Origin: Octopus sinensis
Lineage: Eukaryota
DNA: 64,000 bases
Direction of reading: 5' to 3'
Assembly: GCF_006345805.1 (NCBI RefSeq)
Contig: NC_043013.1
Location: forward strand, 47,740,001-47,804,000
A model generated the notes under the pieces. It did no database searches and was not told the DNA's origin. It saw only the letters and a list, made by a program, of their open reading frames with translations. Shown here piece after piece: positions 14,047 to 27,784 of this stretch. Numbering within the stretch: the first letter of the stretch is position 1; every line of letters begins with the position of its first letter. A program made the position numbers and the translations under genes.

Positions 14047-14493
14047 CTCTATAGCATACAGATTCAAATGAAGCTAGACAGTATATTTTAATTTCTACCA
14101 TCAATATGTCAGTGTTAGAGATTTTATAACTGCGTGGGTTAAATCAATATCTAATAACATCATAGGGTAAAAAATATTAGTGGGAAAAAAAAATTATATA
14201 ATCAGAATATCTAATACAAGAGAAGTACAGGTGAATAACTGCACTTCGTGAGACAATAATCAATATTTCAAATCCTCAGCTATGAAAAACTAAGTACATC
14301 AGCCGTGCTACTTATTGTGTCAGTCTAGAAGACCAAGCGGTTACGTGTTAATCGTATAGGATGCATTGTCACATACCATACCCGATGGAGCTTCCCTAAG
14401 AGGTCTACTGTACAGCAAAGTACATACATATAAAGTATTAATTATGATTGTAATACATAAATATAAAGTATAGGCATCAGATATAACATATTA

Positions 14494-14580
14494 CAGTAAT
14501 CCCTCGACTATCGCGGGTGTTACGTTTCCAAACGCCCCCCCCCCGCGATAGGTGAAAATCCGCGAAGTAGAAACAGTGCT
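14494..14580 (+). mobile_element. pogo/Tigger-like left terminal fragment
   Basis: TA followed by CAGTAATCCCTCGACTATCGCGGG..CCGCGA, resembling Tigger TIRs; no right TIR found. Confidence 0.4.
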
Positions 14581-15703
14581 GTAGCGTATAGTATATTTTT
14601 AATTACTTTTATAATTTGCATATATTTATTTTATTATTTCTATATATTAAAGTTTATATAAACACTCTCCACACTCTTAGGAGTACCCGCGCGCACACAC
14701 AGACACATGTAGGCATATACATAGATACAATTATGTATATATGCAAACATGCTGGGATTCTCTACTTTTTCCCTCTACCAAATCCCACACATTAGGAACT
14801 GGACCCACAGATATAGTAGTGTTATAAAAAACTTCTACAATGTATTTCGCATTAAGCTCGAACCTAAGTGCCACATGTTTGGAAAGGAGACTTCTTGACC
14901 ATATTGTCTTGACTGTCGTGGCTACATTTTCAGATATTATTCTATACAGCCCAAACACTTGTCTGATTCATCGTCAACATTTATCTGAGGTAATATAATG
15001 AAATGTAATCTTATATACGTATTATGTAACTGTACCTCCGTAGTATCGTATCATGGAATTTACATAGTTTACCAGTGAAAACTGGAATACGAATTATATC
15101 TATACGAATTATATATATGGCAAGAATGATTTTCTTTTTTCGAATGTTAAACTGGAGATTTGTAAAGTAGATTTTCTCTTCTAGACGTTGTCTTTCAGAA
15201 AGATATAAATACCAAGATTGGCGTCTGGAAAGAATGGCTTATTGTGTCTAGAAATTTTAAAGAATTATAAGTTAATATTGTCGAACATAGAACATATGCC
15301 ACTAGCTCGTCCACCGTAGGGTACAAAATGGCGCGGTTGAGATGACTGCCTCAAAGCATCCAGGTTTAAAACACTTGAAAGTCAAAATATATTTAGTTAA
15401 CATATCAGTTATATTTAGTTTACATATATTATTTCTGAACAAATTAAATCAGCTGATGTCTAGATTAAACAAAGCAGTGCACCTAGGACATAAACATTAT
15501 TATATTAAATACGATTAGAAAGAAAAGACTTCTTGGAAATTACAGTTAGTAGTGACAAAATACGAAGACAAATGTTGCAAAGTGTGTACTACACCAACAC
15601 TGTGGCTATGGATACAATATAACAAACAATTAATTCTAAATGAAAATATTCAAAGTTCGGGGCAGGATGAATGATACCATATATATATCTATGAGATACA
15701 AGC

Positions 15704-15917
15704 ACGGGCGTGCCTGTGTGCGAAGAAGTTTACTTTCCAAACACACGGTTTCGGGTTCAGTCCCGCTGCGTGGAACCTCGAGTAAGTGTCTTTCACCATA
15801 GCCTTGGGCCGACTAAAGTTTTGTGAGTGGATTTGGTAGAGAGAAGCCGAAAGAAACCTGTCATGTACGTGTGTGTGTGTGTATGTGTTTGTGTGTGTGT
15901 GTGTGTTGTGTGTGTGT

Positions 15918-15962
<45 letters not shown>

Positions 15963-16195
15963 TCTGTCTGCCTGTGCATTTGTGCCTGTGTTCGACCCCA
16001 CCACCACTTCACACACCAGTATTGATGTATCGACGTCTCCGTTACCTAGCGGTTCGGCAAACGAGCACAATGGACTAAGTACCAGGTTCAAACGTAGAAA
16101 AAATAAGTACTGGGATCGATGCATTCGACTAACATTTTGCAAGGCGGTGCCCCAGCACGGCCGAAGTCTAATGACTGAAATAAGTAAAAGGCAAA
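15704..16195 (+). mobile_element. tRNA-derived SINE family A, diverged full-length copy
   Basis: GGGTTCAGTCC B-box, GTGAGTGGATTTGGTAGA body, internal (TG)n, 3' end AATGACTGAAATAAGTAAAAG. Confidence 0.75.
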
Positions 16196-16764
16196 ATAAC
16201 GCAATCTTATAACAAAAGTGAACGATTTGTCGTCCGTCACTCACGTTTTATTTTATTTTTTTCGTAATAACTTTTAGTCTTACGATAAATTTGCTAACCG
16301 CCATATGCTACGCAGTGACAAGGAAAAACAGAAATTAGCGCTAAGTTTGAATACCTTAAGTTGAGGTGAAATCTAATTTACCGGCAAGAATGTTCTTGAA
16401 GGAGGAAATATAAAAAAGGGTGTTAGCTCACTTTTTTCTTGCATTTTTCTACCTTATTAATTGCTTTCCAACGCCCTTATCCTCGCCATTTTGAATGACC
16501 AGCCTCAAACTTCGAATTCACATTTTCTTTAATCGTTTTCACAACAGTTTTAAATATAGGAATACGGTCCATATGAATACGGTCTTAATTTAACCGCTTC
16601 CCTTTAAATCCCTACCATTCAGTCATTACATGAGTCATGTTTTTTAAGCACACAAATCTTATAACGTAGAATCACATCCTGTAATTTAACTTTAGCGATT
16701 CAAAGACACCTTTGACATTCTACGACAGCAGAAATCGCATTATAAAGAATCGTTTCGCCTCTTT

Positions 16765-16935
16765 TATTCTTTTATTTGTTTCAGTCATTTGACTACGGCC
16801 ATGCTGGAGCACTGCCTTTAGTCGAGCAAATCGACCTCAGGACTTATTCTTTGTAAGCCCCGTACATATTCTATCGGTCTCTCTTGCCGAACCGCTAATG
16901 ACGGGGACGTAAACACACCAGCATCGGTTGTTACA
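16765..16935 (-). mobile_element. SINE family A, 3' part
   Basis: TTTGTTTCAGTCATTTGACTACGGCCATGCTGGAGCAC..CCAGCATCGGTTG matches other family-A copies. Confidence 0.8.
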
Positions 16936-16963
16936 CACACACACATATATGACACTTCCTCCA

Positions 16964-17232
16964 CCCAATCTGTTTCTTACCCAATCTGTTTCTTAAACGA
17001 GGGACATATTCATACGGCACAGAATGTTTTCACCTCAATAGACGTCATTGATTGGTTGAAACTGCAGAAATTGAAGAAAAAAAAAAACAAATCTCTTACA
17101 AACTATAGAATTTTCTCAATAAAGCCAAGAGAAAAAGATGTTTTATAAACACATTCCACCAGTATACGAAGTTTAAAATTTTTTAGTTAGGTGGAAATTA
17201 TTTTTAAAAACTGCCGTTCAAACCGAAAAGGT
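16964..17232 (+). mobile_element. Partial copy of the GGG-terminated MITE seen at 36841-37252
   Basis: Shares CCCAATCTGTTTCTTAAACGAGGGAC..AAAAACTGCCGTTCAAACCGAAAAG with the complete copy. Confidence 0.75.
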
Positions 17233-17404
17233 CCTCAACTTGCTCTCTTATCCGAACTTGCTGGCCTGGTACCAAAATTTCGAACCAATATTAATAAACC
17301 ATATTTTAATTGTTGTGTTGTCCCAAAATTACTTTCTGCTGAATATATAGGTATTACGTCCGTGTACTATACTAAGAATATGCAAGTTAAACGTTATTAC
17401 GTAG

Positions 17405-17626
17405 AGGCGGCGAGCTGGCAGAAACGTTAGCACGTCGGGCGAAATGCTTAGCGGTATTTCGTCTGCCGTTACGTTGTGAGTTCAAATTCCGCTGAGGACG
17501 ACTTTGCCTTTCATCCTTTCGGGGTCGATAAATTAAGTACCAATAACGCACTGGGGTCGATGTAATCGATTTAATCCCTTTGTTTGTCTCCTCTATGTTT
17601 AGCCCCTTGTGGGTAATAAAGAAATA
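17405..17626 (+). mobile_element. SINE family B full monomer with 10-bp TSD
   Basis: AGGCGGCGAGCTGGCAG head to GTGGGTAATAAAGAAATA tail; TATTACGTAG at 17395-17404 and 17627-17636. Confidence 0.9.
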
Positions 17627-18108
17627 TATTACGTAGCAGAATAATCTTTAAGAAACGATTTCCCGTATATATATTTACATCTGTAAGAAAAATTAGAATC
17701 TACATTCGCTCTGCTGGAAAAAGCAGCCAAAACCCTTAAAATCTCACTTTGTCAGCTTAAAAGAGAATAACAAATTGGGCAATGTTGTCAGACATATGTA
17801 AAAGACATGAGGGGCTCAATTGGAGAGCCTTTGATCATAGATATTTCAGACAACAAAATGAGGTTGCTACATCAATTTTGATTAACCTCTGTTCTTTTAG
17901 GAGGAGAAGGGGGAATATTTGTTGTAGTTAGTCGGTCATATTTTTCAATTTATTTATTTGCATTCTCACTGTGTTTTAACCTGAACCATCTCCTAAATAT
18001 CAGAAAATTTCTGTAAGAGATCGATAATTCAGGTGATTAAAGTCCAAGGGGAACGTGAGAACAAAGAGTAACTATAATCACATAAATTAGAAAATAAAAC
18101 AAACACTG

Positions 18109-18280
<172 letters not shown>

Positions 18281-18371
18281 AGTGATTGATAGATATGGGA
18301 GTGCAGTGAATATACACGGACGCACACACATAAAAAATAAATGTATATATACATATATACGTATCTATATA

Positions 18372-18798
18372 TACTCTTTACTCTCTCTTTTACTCTTTTA
18401 TTTGTTTCAGTCATTAACTGCGGCCATGCTGGAGCACCGCCTTTAGTCGAGCAAATCGACCCCGGGACTTATTCTTTGTAAGCCCAGTACTTATTCTATC
18501 GGTTCTTTTGCCGAACCGCTAAGTGACGGGGGACGTAAACACACCAGCATCGGTTGTCAAGCAATGCTAGGGGGACAAATACAGACACACAAACATATAC
18601 ACACACACACACACATATACATATATACATATATACGACAGGCTTCTTTCAGTTTCCGTCTACCAAATCCACTCACAAGGCATTGGTCGGCCCGGGGCTA
18701 TAGCAGAAGACACTTGCCTAAGATGCCACGCAATGGGACTGAACCCGGAACCATGTGGTTGGTAAGCAAGCTACTTACCACTCAGCCACTCCTGCGCC
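18372..18798 (-). mobile_element. SINE family A, full length
   Basis: Reverse strand: GGCGCAGGAGTGGCTG head, GGGTTCAGTCC B-box, internal microsatellite, 3' GGCGGTGCTCCAGCATGGCCGCAG..TGACTGAAACAAA and (TAAAAGAG)n-type tail. Confidence 0.88.
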
Positions 18799-18807
18799 AT
18801 ATCTATC

Positions 18808-18885
<78 letters not shown>

Positions 18886-19079
18886 TGTGTGTGTGAATGT
18901 ATGTATGTATGTATGTATTCATTTATCCATTTCTTTCGTTATCACATTTCTGACAGACACTTTGCAGCGTCCTTTCTCTAACTGTCTATCATATATAATA
19001 CACACACACACGCACGTACATACACACACACACACACCACACACACACACACACACCACACACACACACACACATATTT

Positions 19080-19132
<53 letters not shown>

Positions 19133-19861
19133 TTCAAACACACACACACACACTCAGGCACAGACCGCGTCAAAATGTCTATGTGAGAGATGTTGTAGTT
19201 AAAGAAATGGACAAGCAGAAAGCGAAGTATGAGAAAGTAGACTGCGAATTGAACAGCTGCTCTTTTGCAAAGATTTTCTCTTCGATGTATTTACAAGGGG
19301 TCGTTATTTTATTTTACTTCTTTTTTTTTTTAATATTTATGTTATTCCTGCTAAATTGTTATTAGTATGGTTGACGAAAGAAATATTACAAATAGTAAAA
19401 ATATGTTATACAACCATCAGCTACTCACCTCTAGGGGATATAGTAAAAAGAAGAAAAACAGAACAAAAAATGTACAAGTTCTTCTGTGGAATATACTAAT
19501 TATTTTTTCTTCTGTAACTTTTTAAGCATTTCTAAGTTGAAGTAGATCAGCCTAAAGTGGTTTGTAGTACATGTTCTATTTCTTCTTTGTATTTTTTAAA
19601 ACAACTTTTTATACCTTTTTGAGACTTTATATATATATATATATATGTATATGTATGTATATATATATATTTATCAGGCAAGACATAAAGTGGTAAAAAA
19701 TATGTTTCGACTTCTTCAAGACCATCTAGTTAGGTGAAACATCAAAAGTAACCTATTAAATATTTGCAGAGATATAGCTAATTAGTAACGTAAAAAAAAG
19801 AGTCTTCAGAACGTTCGGTGTGAAGTACGTAGTACAGGTTTTTCTGTGAATGCAAACGTGA

Positions 19862-19914
<53 letters not shown>

Positions 19915-20136
19915 TGTATTTGTATGTGTGTACTCGTATGTGCACCTTTGTACATATATAAATGCTTACGAATACATACGCTCACTCCCTCTCTTTCTTT
20001 CTCTCTCTCTCTCTTGTGTGTGTATGCATGCATGTATGTATGTATGTATGTATGTATGTATGTATGTATGTATGTATGTATATATCAAATTTTGCGTATC
20101 TTTTATCAACAATGGACAGGTCATATACTGTACTTG

Positions 20137-20176
<40 letters not shown>

Positions 20177-20260
20177 TAAATACACACACACATATACACA
20201 TATGATTTGTCCATTGTGGATAAAACATACGATTTTATACATTTATGCATACACACAGAC

Positions 20261-20296
<36 letters not shown>

Positions 20297-20749
20297 GCAT
20301 ATATTTAGAGAGAGTAAGAGATCTACACCGGGACCTATAACATAAGCTTGTGTGAGTATTTAACGTTTGCATATGAGTATTGTTCGTGTATGTGAATTCA
20401 TACTCCTGTGTGTGTGTGCGTGTGTCTTCGCGTGGGTGTAATTGTGTGTCTTCGTATCAAACTTTAAAAAAACATTCAACAAAACCACATTGCACTACAA
20501 ATTGGACACGATGGGAATTCTAACGTATTCAGCATTCAGAGAAGTGAATGACTGATTAAATAATAATAAGCTATTACAAAAACACATAAAGAGGATATTG
20601 GTGTAACTTCGACGTTAATCTGTGGAAATGTTGAAGTTATTGAAGTTTACCTGAGTCCGTCGTTAAAAAAAAAATTATATAGGAAATCGATGTGATTCGG
20701 AATATTTATTTCTTATATAGCTAAATTATCGAATTCTATAAAACGGTTG

Positions 20750-22639
20750 TATAGTCTATTGCATTTCCAGAGCGATAGCAAATAAGTTCAACTCTGATGT
20801 TATGCAAATTCTGGGAAGGGAAATCTAAGGGAAAAATACAAGCCCTATGAAATTGATGATGACCTGTGTCAGCAATAATTAACCTCACCAGCACTACAAC
20901 GAGAAAAAACAACAACCAACAGAACACACAACCACCCCGTAAAAAAAAACAGATTAAAATGTTCCCCTCCCGTCTAGACATCGATTACACTGCATTAGTG
21001 ACGACGAACAAGTCACCACTGCAACAATTAAAAAACGTTCCCAATGCGGACAACATTAGAAAAAACTTTGCGGGGGAAAACATCCCCCAAAATACAGCAG
21101 TATTTAGAATAGACAGGTCTAACTATAATATGTTAGCAACTCGTTTTAAAATCTACATAGGCCCTCTGAGGAAAGACTTTTCCCCAGTAATGTTTGGTGG
21201 CCTAGTCAACGACACCTCGCAATGGTAGTGCAACCCATCTCTAACCGGCAATTACAATGCTATGGATACACTTTATGTTGGTTGTTTAAATATACGTGGC
21301 CTGGGGGCAAGATGGAAGCAAGGTCGTTTCCTGAATGACTTCAGGTTACATATGATGGATATAGTGGTTACCACAGAATCCAGACTGAGTAGTCGAGAGG
21401 GTTCCCCCACTCCTAAATGCCTACGAAAATTTTATTTCTTCATGCCTACCTGGAGGAGGGAGATGTGTTGCTGTATTGCACGGAAAATGTCTGGATTTAG
21501 AGACATGAGCTATCTTCATCGACCCGAAAAGTAGGTTGGTCGTTCTTCACGTGACACTATGCAGTGGTAAGGTCTTCAGACTGGTAGCTGTCTACGCTCC
21601 CTCGGGAACTGGGCAGTCTGATTTTTTTCGAGGCCTGGAGGAGTTTCTAGGGACGTCTCACAGTACAGTTAGGTGACTTTACCGTAATCTGCGATGCACG
21701 CGTAGATTACGCTGGCTCGTCTACTGATAGGAGAGGAAACCCTTGCTTCAGTAATCTGCTCAGTCGATTTCAGCTGACAGAGAGGTACAGACTAGATATC
21801 CCAAGCGACCCATTCTGAACATGGACTAATGACGATAGTTCATGTGGATCATATCTAGACAGGATTCTAATTAGGGAAATAGACAAAAATCTAGTTAGTC
21901 ACCACAATTTCACTGTCAGATACAGTGATCACAAATTTGTGACTTAGATAAGTTACGTAGACAGGAATCCGGTTACTGGAAACTCAATAAATCACTTTTG
22001 GCACGTGAGAAATACAGGAGTCGGATTAGACAGTTAATGATGAGGGCATTGTGCGGTGCCATTATTAACAACAAATGGTAAAGCCATAAAATTTGAGTCT
22101 ATTAGGTCTAGCAAAGAGCTAGTGGTTCAGAAAAATAGAGTAGAAAGTGCTTTAGTTAGGGCTCTAGATGAAGCAATGGAATCTGGCTTCGCGCCCTGAG
22201 TTTTAGCTGCGAGAATGGCGCTTAACCATCACCTCAAAGGCTAAAAACGAAGGATGCGTAGTCAGGGCTAAGTAACGTACAATGCGACGGGAAGGAATCA
22301 AAGGCGCGGGATGGGCCCGTGTAATAGAGACCCAACGTTGAAATATTGGGACTTTAAGATTATTCATCAAAGGGTGAATAATCAAGGGAACTTGGTAAAC
22401 GAACCCGTGGGGATATGCAAGGTCTTTCAGGAGCATTTCGCCCTGCTTTTCGGGAAGGACAGCGGACCGTAATGTAGGTGGGACTTCCTCACTAGCGTCC
22501 GCGTCTCTTTGGGGCGGGAAGCGGAGGGTTGTGAGGGGCCGATCACAGCCACGGAGGTGCAGGAGGCTTTGTCGGACTGCAGCAGGAACAAGTCGCCTGG
22601 ACTAGATCGTCTCTCCTACGAGCTTTAAAAAAGTATGCC
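20750..22639 (+). pseudogene. Old Tx1/L1-type LINE relic: ORF1 C-terminal remnant plus ORF2 endonuclease to start of RT
   Basis: 21262 gives MDTLYVGCLNIRGLGARWKQGRFLND, homologous to MVKIGCVNARGLGSPWKQGYLLND at 63650. Further homologous blocks (TWTN, SYLDRI, SDHKFV, GYWKLN, NKSPGLD) are broken by stops. The 5' boundary is approximate. Confidence 0.8.
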
Positions 22640-23157
22640 GCGATGAAAAGTGGGTTCTGTACCTCAATAAAAACATTGGACCAAAATGAAGCACCGAAAA
22701 CCTTCCCTAAACCCGAGCTTTTCAAAAAGAAGGTTATGGTGACTGTTTGGTGATGTACTGCTAGACTCATCCACTATAACTACTTAAAACCTGGAAAATG
22801 TATTACTGCAGAAACATATTGCCACGAAATCGCCAAAATTTACGAAAAACTTGGCTACAAAGTTCTTCTCCACCCAGCTTATTCCCCAGACCTTTCTCCT
22901 ACCGACTACCACTTTTCCAAGCACCTTCAAAAAGAGTTCAAAAGTCAAATCAATACTAAAAATGCGTTCAAAGAGTTCATCAGCTCTAGAACTCCAGATT
23001 TTTAATGCTATCGGAATAAACAAACGTGTAACTCGTTGGTAAAAATGTGTTGATTGTAATGGTTCTTACGTTGATGAATAAAATTTCCGCATTGTTGAAA
23101 TATATTGTGATGAATTTCATGTTTCAAAACATTGCTTACTTTTTACTCAGCCTGATA
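22640..23157 (+). mobile_element. Mariner (cecropia/Hsmar1-like) 3' half with right TIR
   Basis: DEKWVLY, PKPELF.KKVMVTVW, HPAYSPDLSPTDYHF, FKEFISSR, GINKRVTRW*KCVDCNGSY motifs; terminal TTGCTTACTTTTTACTCAGCCTGA-TA resembles an Hsmar1-type TIR. Confidence 0.88.
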
Positions 23158-23560
23158 TCATGGGCTCACATACAAATATTGTCACAGCCACAACATACTG
23201 AAATATCTCAGTTCAGTATTTCTTGTTTTCCTGCACTCCCTATTAACATGAGAACATTCCCTGCATAAGACATTCAACTGCAACACAGAATATTTGTGAC
23301 ATTTATTTTGCTCATGCATTTTCATTTTCTCCTCTCCTATCTTTAAAATCATGAATGCTTCCTTGTTGCAAAACCTACGACGGCGGTTTGTCATGAAGTG
23401 GAAAAAGAGGTAAGCAATGAACTGCACGTTTTGATGGGCGATACAGAATCCTCTTTCTCAAACGTTTCTCACTATAGTCACAAATAATAGAAAATATTGA
23501 AATTTTTAAAATAATGGCAGTGCCCATCCAGTTTTCCTTCACTATTTTTTTATAATGGCA

Positions 23561-23886
23561 TCAAGATTCTGGGTTCCGAAAGAACATGGACACATTGTTT
23601 TCTCTGGCAGAAAACAAGCTGGCTCGGTCTAGATCCCAAGATTGAACTTCGCTAGCCATATCAGTCGGTGAATTTTCATCTCCAATATCTTCAGGCGATA
23701 TGTTTCTCCTATTTTTTGTAGATGCATTCGGGAATACAAGAAGCTTCTCAAAAGAGACACTTCTTACTGGTTCATTAGCCCTTTTTTTATATACCTTACC
23801 CGAAGCAAAGAAAAAATCTGAAAGGAATTTTTTGGAGAAAGCTGAATATTCCGTGGCAAACTGAGTATTCTGTGCGAAAATATAAT
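23561..23886 (-). CDS. Possible terminal coding exon of an unidentified gene
   Basis: Non-repetitive open frame (D)YIFAQNTQF..SPEDIGDENSPTDMASEVQSWDLDR..FRNPES* preceded by a pyrimidine tract plus CAG (TCTTCTCTTTGCTTTTATTCAG). No recognisable homology. Confidence 0.25.
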
Positions 23887-25394
23887 CTGAATAAAAGCAA
23901 AGAGAAGATAGTCTCAAAAACAAAACAGGAAATGGCAACAGCCACGTAAATCCACTTCGTTTAATCTATCCAGAAGCACACTAAGTCAAATTTTTTATAC
24001 ATACTTCTGTTATTCTTACGTCTGGGTTTAGATATGAGGCCTGCAGCCGAATTAAATCAAACTTTAATAGAAAAGCATTCGAGCGATTAATGGCAAATCT
24101 ATGATTACAGATTAAGTATTTTGTTTCTATTAAATCGCCTTTCTTCAAAATAATGTTTCACTTTCATAGGGCCCTGGAAACAGAGAAGCGCCAGAAACGT
24201 GTCAGGAAAATGATAGGTTTGAAAATGAACTGTGTATTTCATGGATCCCTCTAAAATTCAAGCAACCATGAAACGATATTTGAGCTTACAATTCTGCTTA
24301 CACTTTTATTAATAAAAATATTGTCTCCAGAGTAACGATTCAAATCATTTTGTGAGTGAAAAAGCTATTTTGGATTGTTATTAAGATGTGTCGTTTTTAG
24401 TGACGTCCTTGAGTTTATCTTCAAGTATCGACATATTTTCCGATTTTTTTTTTAAATCTACTTATTTACGATATTTTTTCGGATGCTTTCTGTCTTTTTT
24501 TTATCCACCACTTTACGACCGGATACTTATAGTGGTAGACATCCACTAAAATAATAACTAATGTTCAACAAAGATAGCTGAAAATTGAAAGCCATAGACA
24601 AATCGAAAAATGATGCTGAGTAATAGCACTGGCAACCGGTGATAGGTACCAAATCACTATCATCAGAGACACTGATTTGCAAAGTAACACGAAAATAACA
24701 ATAACACAAAATTGTCGGCTAGCGACGGTGAAAAATACAGGTAAAAAAAAATGCAAAGATTCAGTGGAATGGAAGATAAAACTTTGAACAAGTCGTATTC
24801 TAAAGCTGAAGCAAAAACAGATCTTATCTGTAGGGTGATGTTACACGAAAGAGAAATTTTTATTACTAAAACAGTAAATTGAAAATTATAAATTTTAAAG
24901 ATCTTTACTTCTTTTCGTAAATACGACCAACTTCGACAAGAAAATAACTTTATCGGGTGGTAATGTATGTAAGTAGGTATTAGTTTGCAAGTACAAAAAG
25001 TAAAAACCTGAAAATAACGGGGCATCGTAGGATCAAACAACTTCTATCGATCAATCAGCCATAGTTTATCAAGAAGTTACGACATCACAACTGCCAGATC
25101 AGCAAACACACACACGTCTACAATAGAAGAAAAGACAAAAATGAAAATAAATATACAAACTATTTATTCTGATAATTTCAAATTATAAGAGGCATAAAAA
25201 ATACTGAATATTTTTTCAGAAAGCTTTCGTTTTTCTTATTTTTGTTTACTCCATCCAATCTGCACACTGCCTTTGGATTGAGTATCTGTTGTCGCTGGGT
25301 GGAGAAACTATATTTTTAGAGAGATCGCACTGAGTAGATCTTTTAATAAAGTACATGTCTCTTCCGCCTCCCTATGCCTGGAATTATGGGGGGG

Positions 25395-26010
25395 GGGGCT
25401 AAGTCGATCACATCAACCCAAGTGCTAGAGTGGTACTTATTTTATCGAGCCCGAAAGAGTGAAACTCAAAGTCGACCATGGCGGTATTTGAACTCAGGTC
25501 ATAAAAACGGACAAAAAGCTGCTAAATATTTTATCCGGCATACTAACGATTCTGCTATCTAACCACATTCGCAATAATAATGGTTTCAAATATTTGGCAC
25601 AAGGCCAGCAATTTCGGGCAAGAGTAAGTCGATTACGTCGGCCCCAGTAATCAGCTGGTTTGTATTTTATCGATGAAAGGCACGGTCGACCTCTTCGTAT
25701 TTGAACTCAGAACGTAATGCCGACCGAAATACTACTAAGCACTTTGTCTGGCGTGCTAAGTAGTCTGCCAGCTCGCTGCCTTTCTAATAATCCTTTCAAA
25801 TTTTGGAAAAGAGCAAGACCAAAAATTTCAAGGGAGGATAAAGTCGATCACATCGACTCCAGTGCTCAACTGGTATCTATTTAATTGACCACGAAATGAT
25901 TAAAGCCAAAGTCCATTTCGACGGTATTTAAACACAGAAAGTAAAGACGGACGAAAAGCCGCTAAGCATTTTGACCAGAGTACTGTCGATTGTGACAGCT
26001 CGCCGCCTTC
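25395..26010 (-). mobile_element. Three adjacent diverged SINE B-related copies with the alternative (tail-b) 3' end
   Basis: Each has family-B head/body on the minus strand. The latter two carry traces of the CTGGCCTTGTGCCAAA..TTTGAAA-type tail (clearest at ~25590-25620), not the AATAAAGAAATA tail. Confidence 0.7.
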
Positions 26011-26011
26011 T

Positions 26012-26079
<68 letters not shown>

Positions 26080-27128
26080 GTAAGAGTGATAATGGCGATA
26101 ATCTATTGTAATATTCCTGGTTAATTCTTACTAATAAGAATGGTATTTAATTTCAAAACTATTGAGAATATCTTTCTAAAGATGGTGAAGCCTTAAGTAT
26201 ATATGTTATGGCCGAAGACTTAGAAATTACTAGATAAATGAGAAAATATTAACAAGGTAACACAACAGTACATCTGAATTAACTTAATGTAAACATGTGT
26301 GCGCCTGTGCACGCATGTGTCTGTGCGTGTGTGCGTGTGTAATATACAACATTTCTTAGAATTTTGTTATAGTATGTTTTAATCGTTTCTTCCAGTGTTG
26401 CAACTATATCTCCGGTTCCTTTCATCTTTCTTTTTCTTCTGACAATGCTACAGAATATGACATTGTTTCTTAAGACTACGAACGGAATTTGAAGGTAATG
26501 TGGGGAGCTATTTCTAGTAGATTTAAAAACCACATAGAGGATAATCCGTTTTCCCTAAAGGCACCAAGCTGAACAATCTATCACATCAATTTTACCAGTT
26601 TGGTAAGGACTAAGAGACATCACTGTTACCCCTCTCCTCTCAGCATTAAAATATAAACTAAACTGCAGACAGAACTCAAGCTAGAGATGATTGCTGTAAA
26701 CGTAGCACGTGATCGATGTATTAGTGAAATAGGATACGACGTGACTTCCGAAATAACAGTATCCAAAATAACGGAAAACCTAGCTTACGGCACTTTTGAA
26801 TCGTCTTATAAACATGTACTCATTATCTATCACCGAGAGTGTAAGCTTGATATTGCTTCCTTTTCTTTTTTTAATTTCAAAATATTATTTTAATATCTTG
26901 AGATATGCGTGTGCGTGTTTTATTGAAACAGAATATTGGCAAAACACGCTGACATTCAGTTTAAATTGCTTAAGTTCTTTATTTAAGAGCAGCCCCTATC
27001 AGAATATATGCTGTGCACTTTGCAACATCATTGAAGCACTTTAGCTTCTATTTCTAGCAATATAGGTGTTATTCACATCTTTAGTCAAGTCTAGTTAACG
27101 ACTATAATTTCCCTTCACGGTATAACAA

Positions 27129-27784
27129 GGTGGAGAGCTGGTAGAAACATTAGCACACCGGGCGAAATGCTTTGCGGTATTTCGTCTGCCGATACGTTCT
27201 GAGTTCAAATTCCGCTGAGGTCGACTTTGCCTTTCATCCTTTCGGGGTCAATAAATTAAGTACCAGTTACGCACTGGGGTCGGTGGAATCGACTTAATAC
27301 CTATGTCTGTCCTTGTTTGTCCCCTCTGTGTTTAGCCCCTTGTGGGTAATAAAGAAATAGGTATTTCGTCTGCCGTTACGTTCTGAGTTCAAATTCCGCC
27401 GATGTCGACTTTGCCTTTCATCCTTTCGAGATCGATTAAATAAGTACCAGTTACGCACTGGGGTCGTAATAATGGACTTAATCCCTTTGTCTGTCCTTGT
27501 TTGTCCTCTCTGTGTTTAGCCCCTTGTGGGTAATAAAGAAATAAGTATAACAAGGCGGCGAGCTGGCAGAAACGTTAGCACGCCGGGCGAAATGCGTAGC
27601 CGTATTTCGTTTGTCGTTACTTTCTGAGTTCAAATTCCGCCGAGGTCGACTTTGCCTTTCATCCATTGGGTGTCGATAAATTAAGTAACAGTTACGCACT
27701 GGGGTCGATGTAATCGACTGAATCCGTTTGTCTGTCCTTGTTTGTCCCCTCTGTGTTTAGCCCCTTGTGGGTAGTAAAGAAATA
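27129..27784 (+). mobile_element. SINE family B cluster: head plus two 184-bp units, then a second full monomer
   Basis: Units 27176-27359 and 27360-27543; second head at ~27554. A GGTATAACAA-like target recurs at 27119, 27544 and 27785. Confidence 0.88.
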
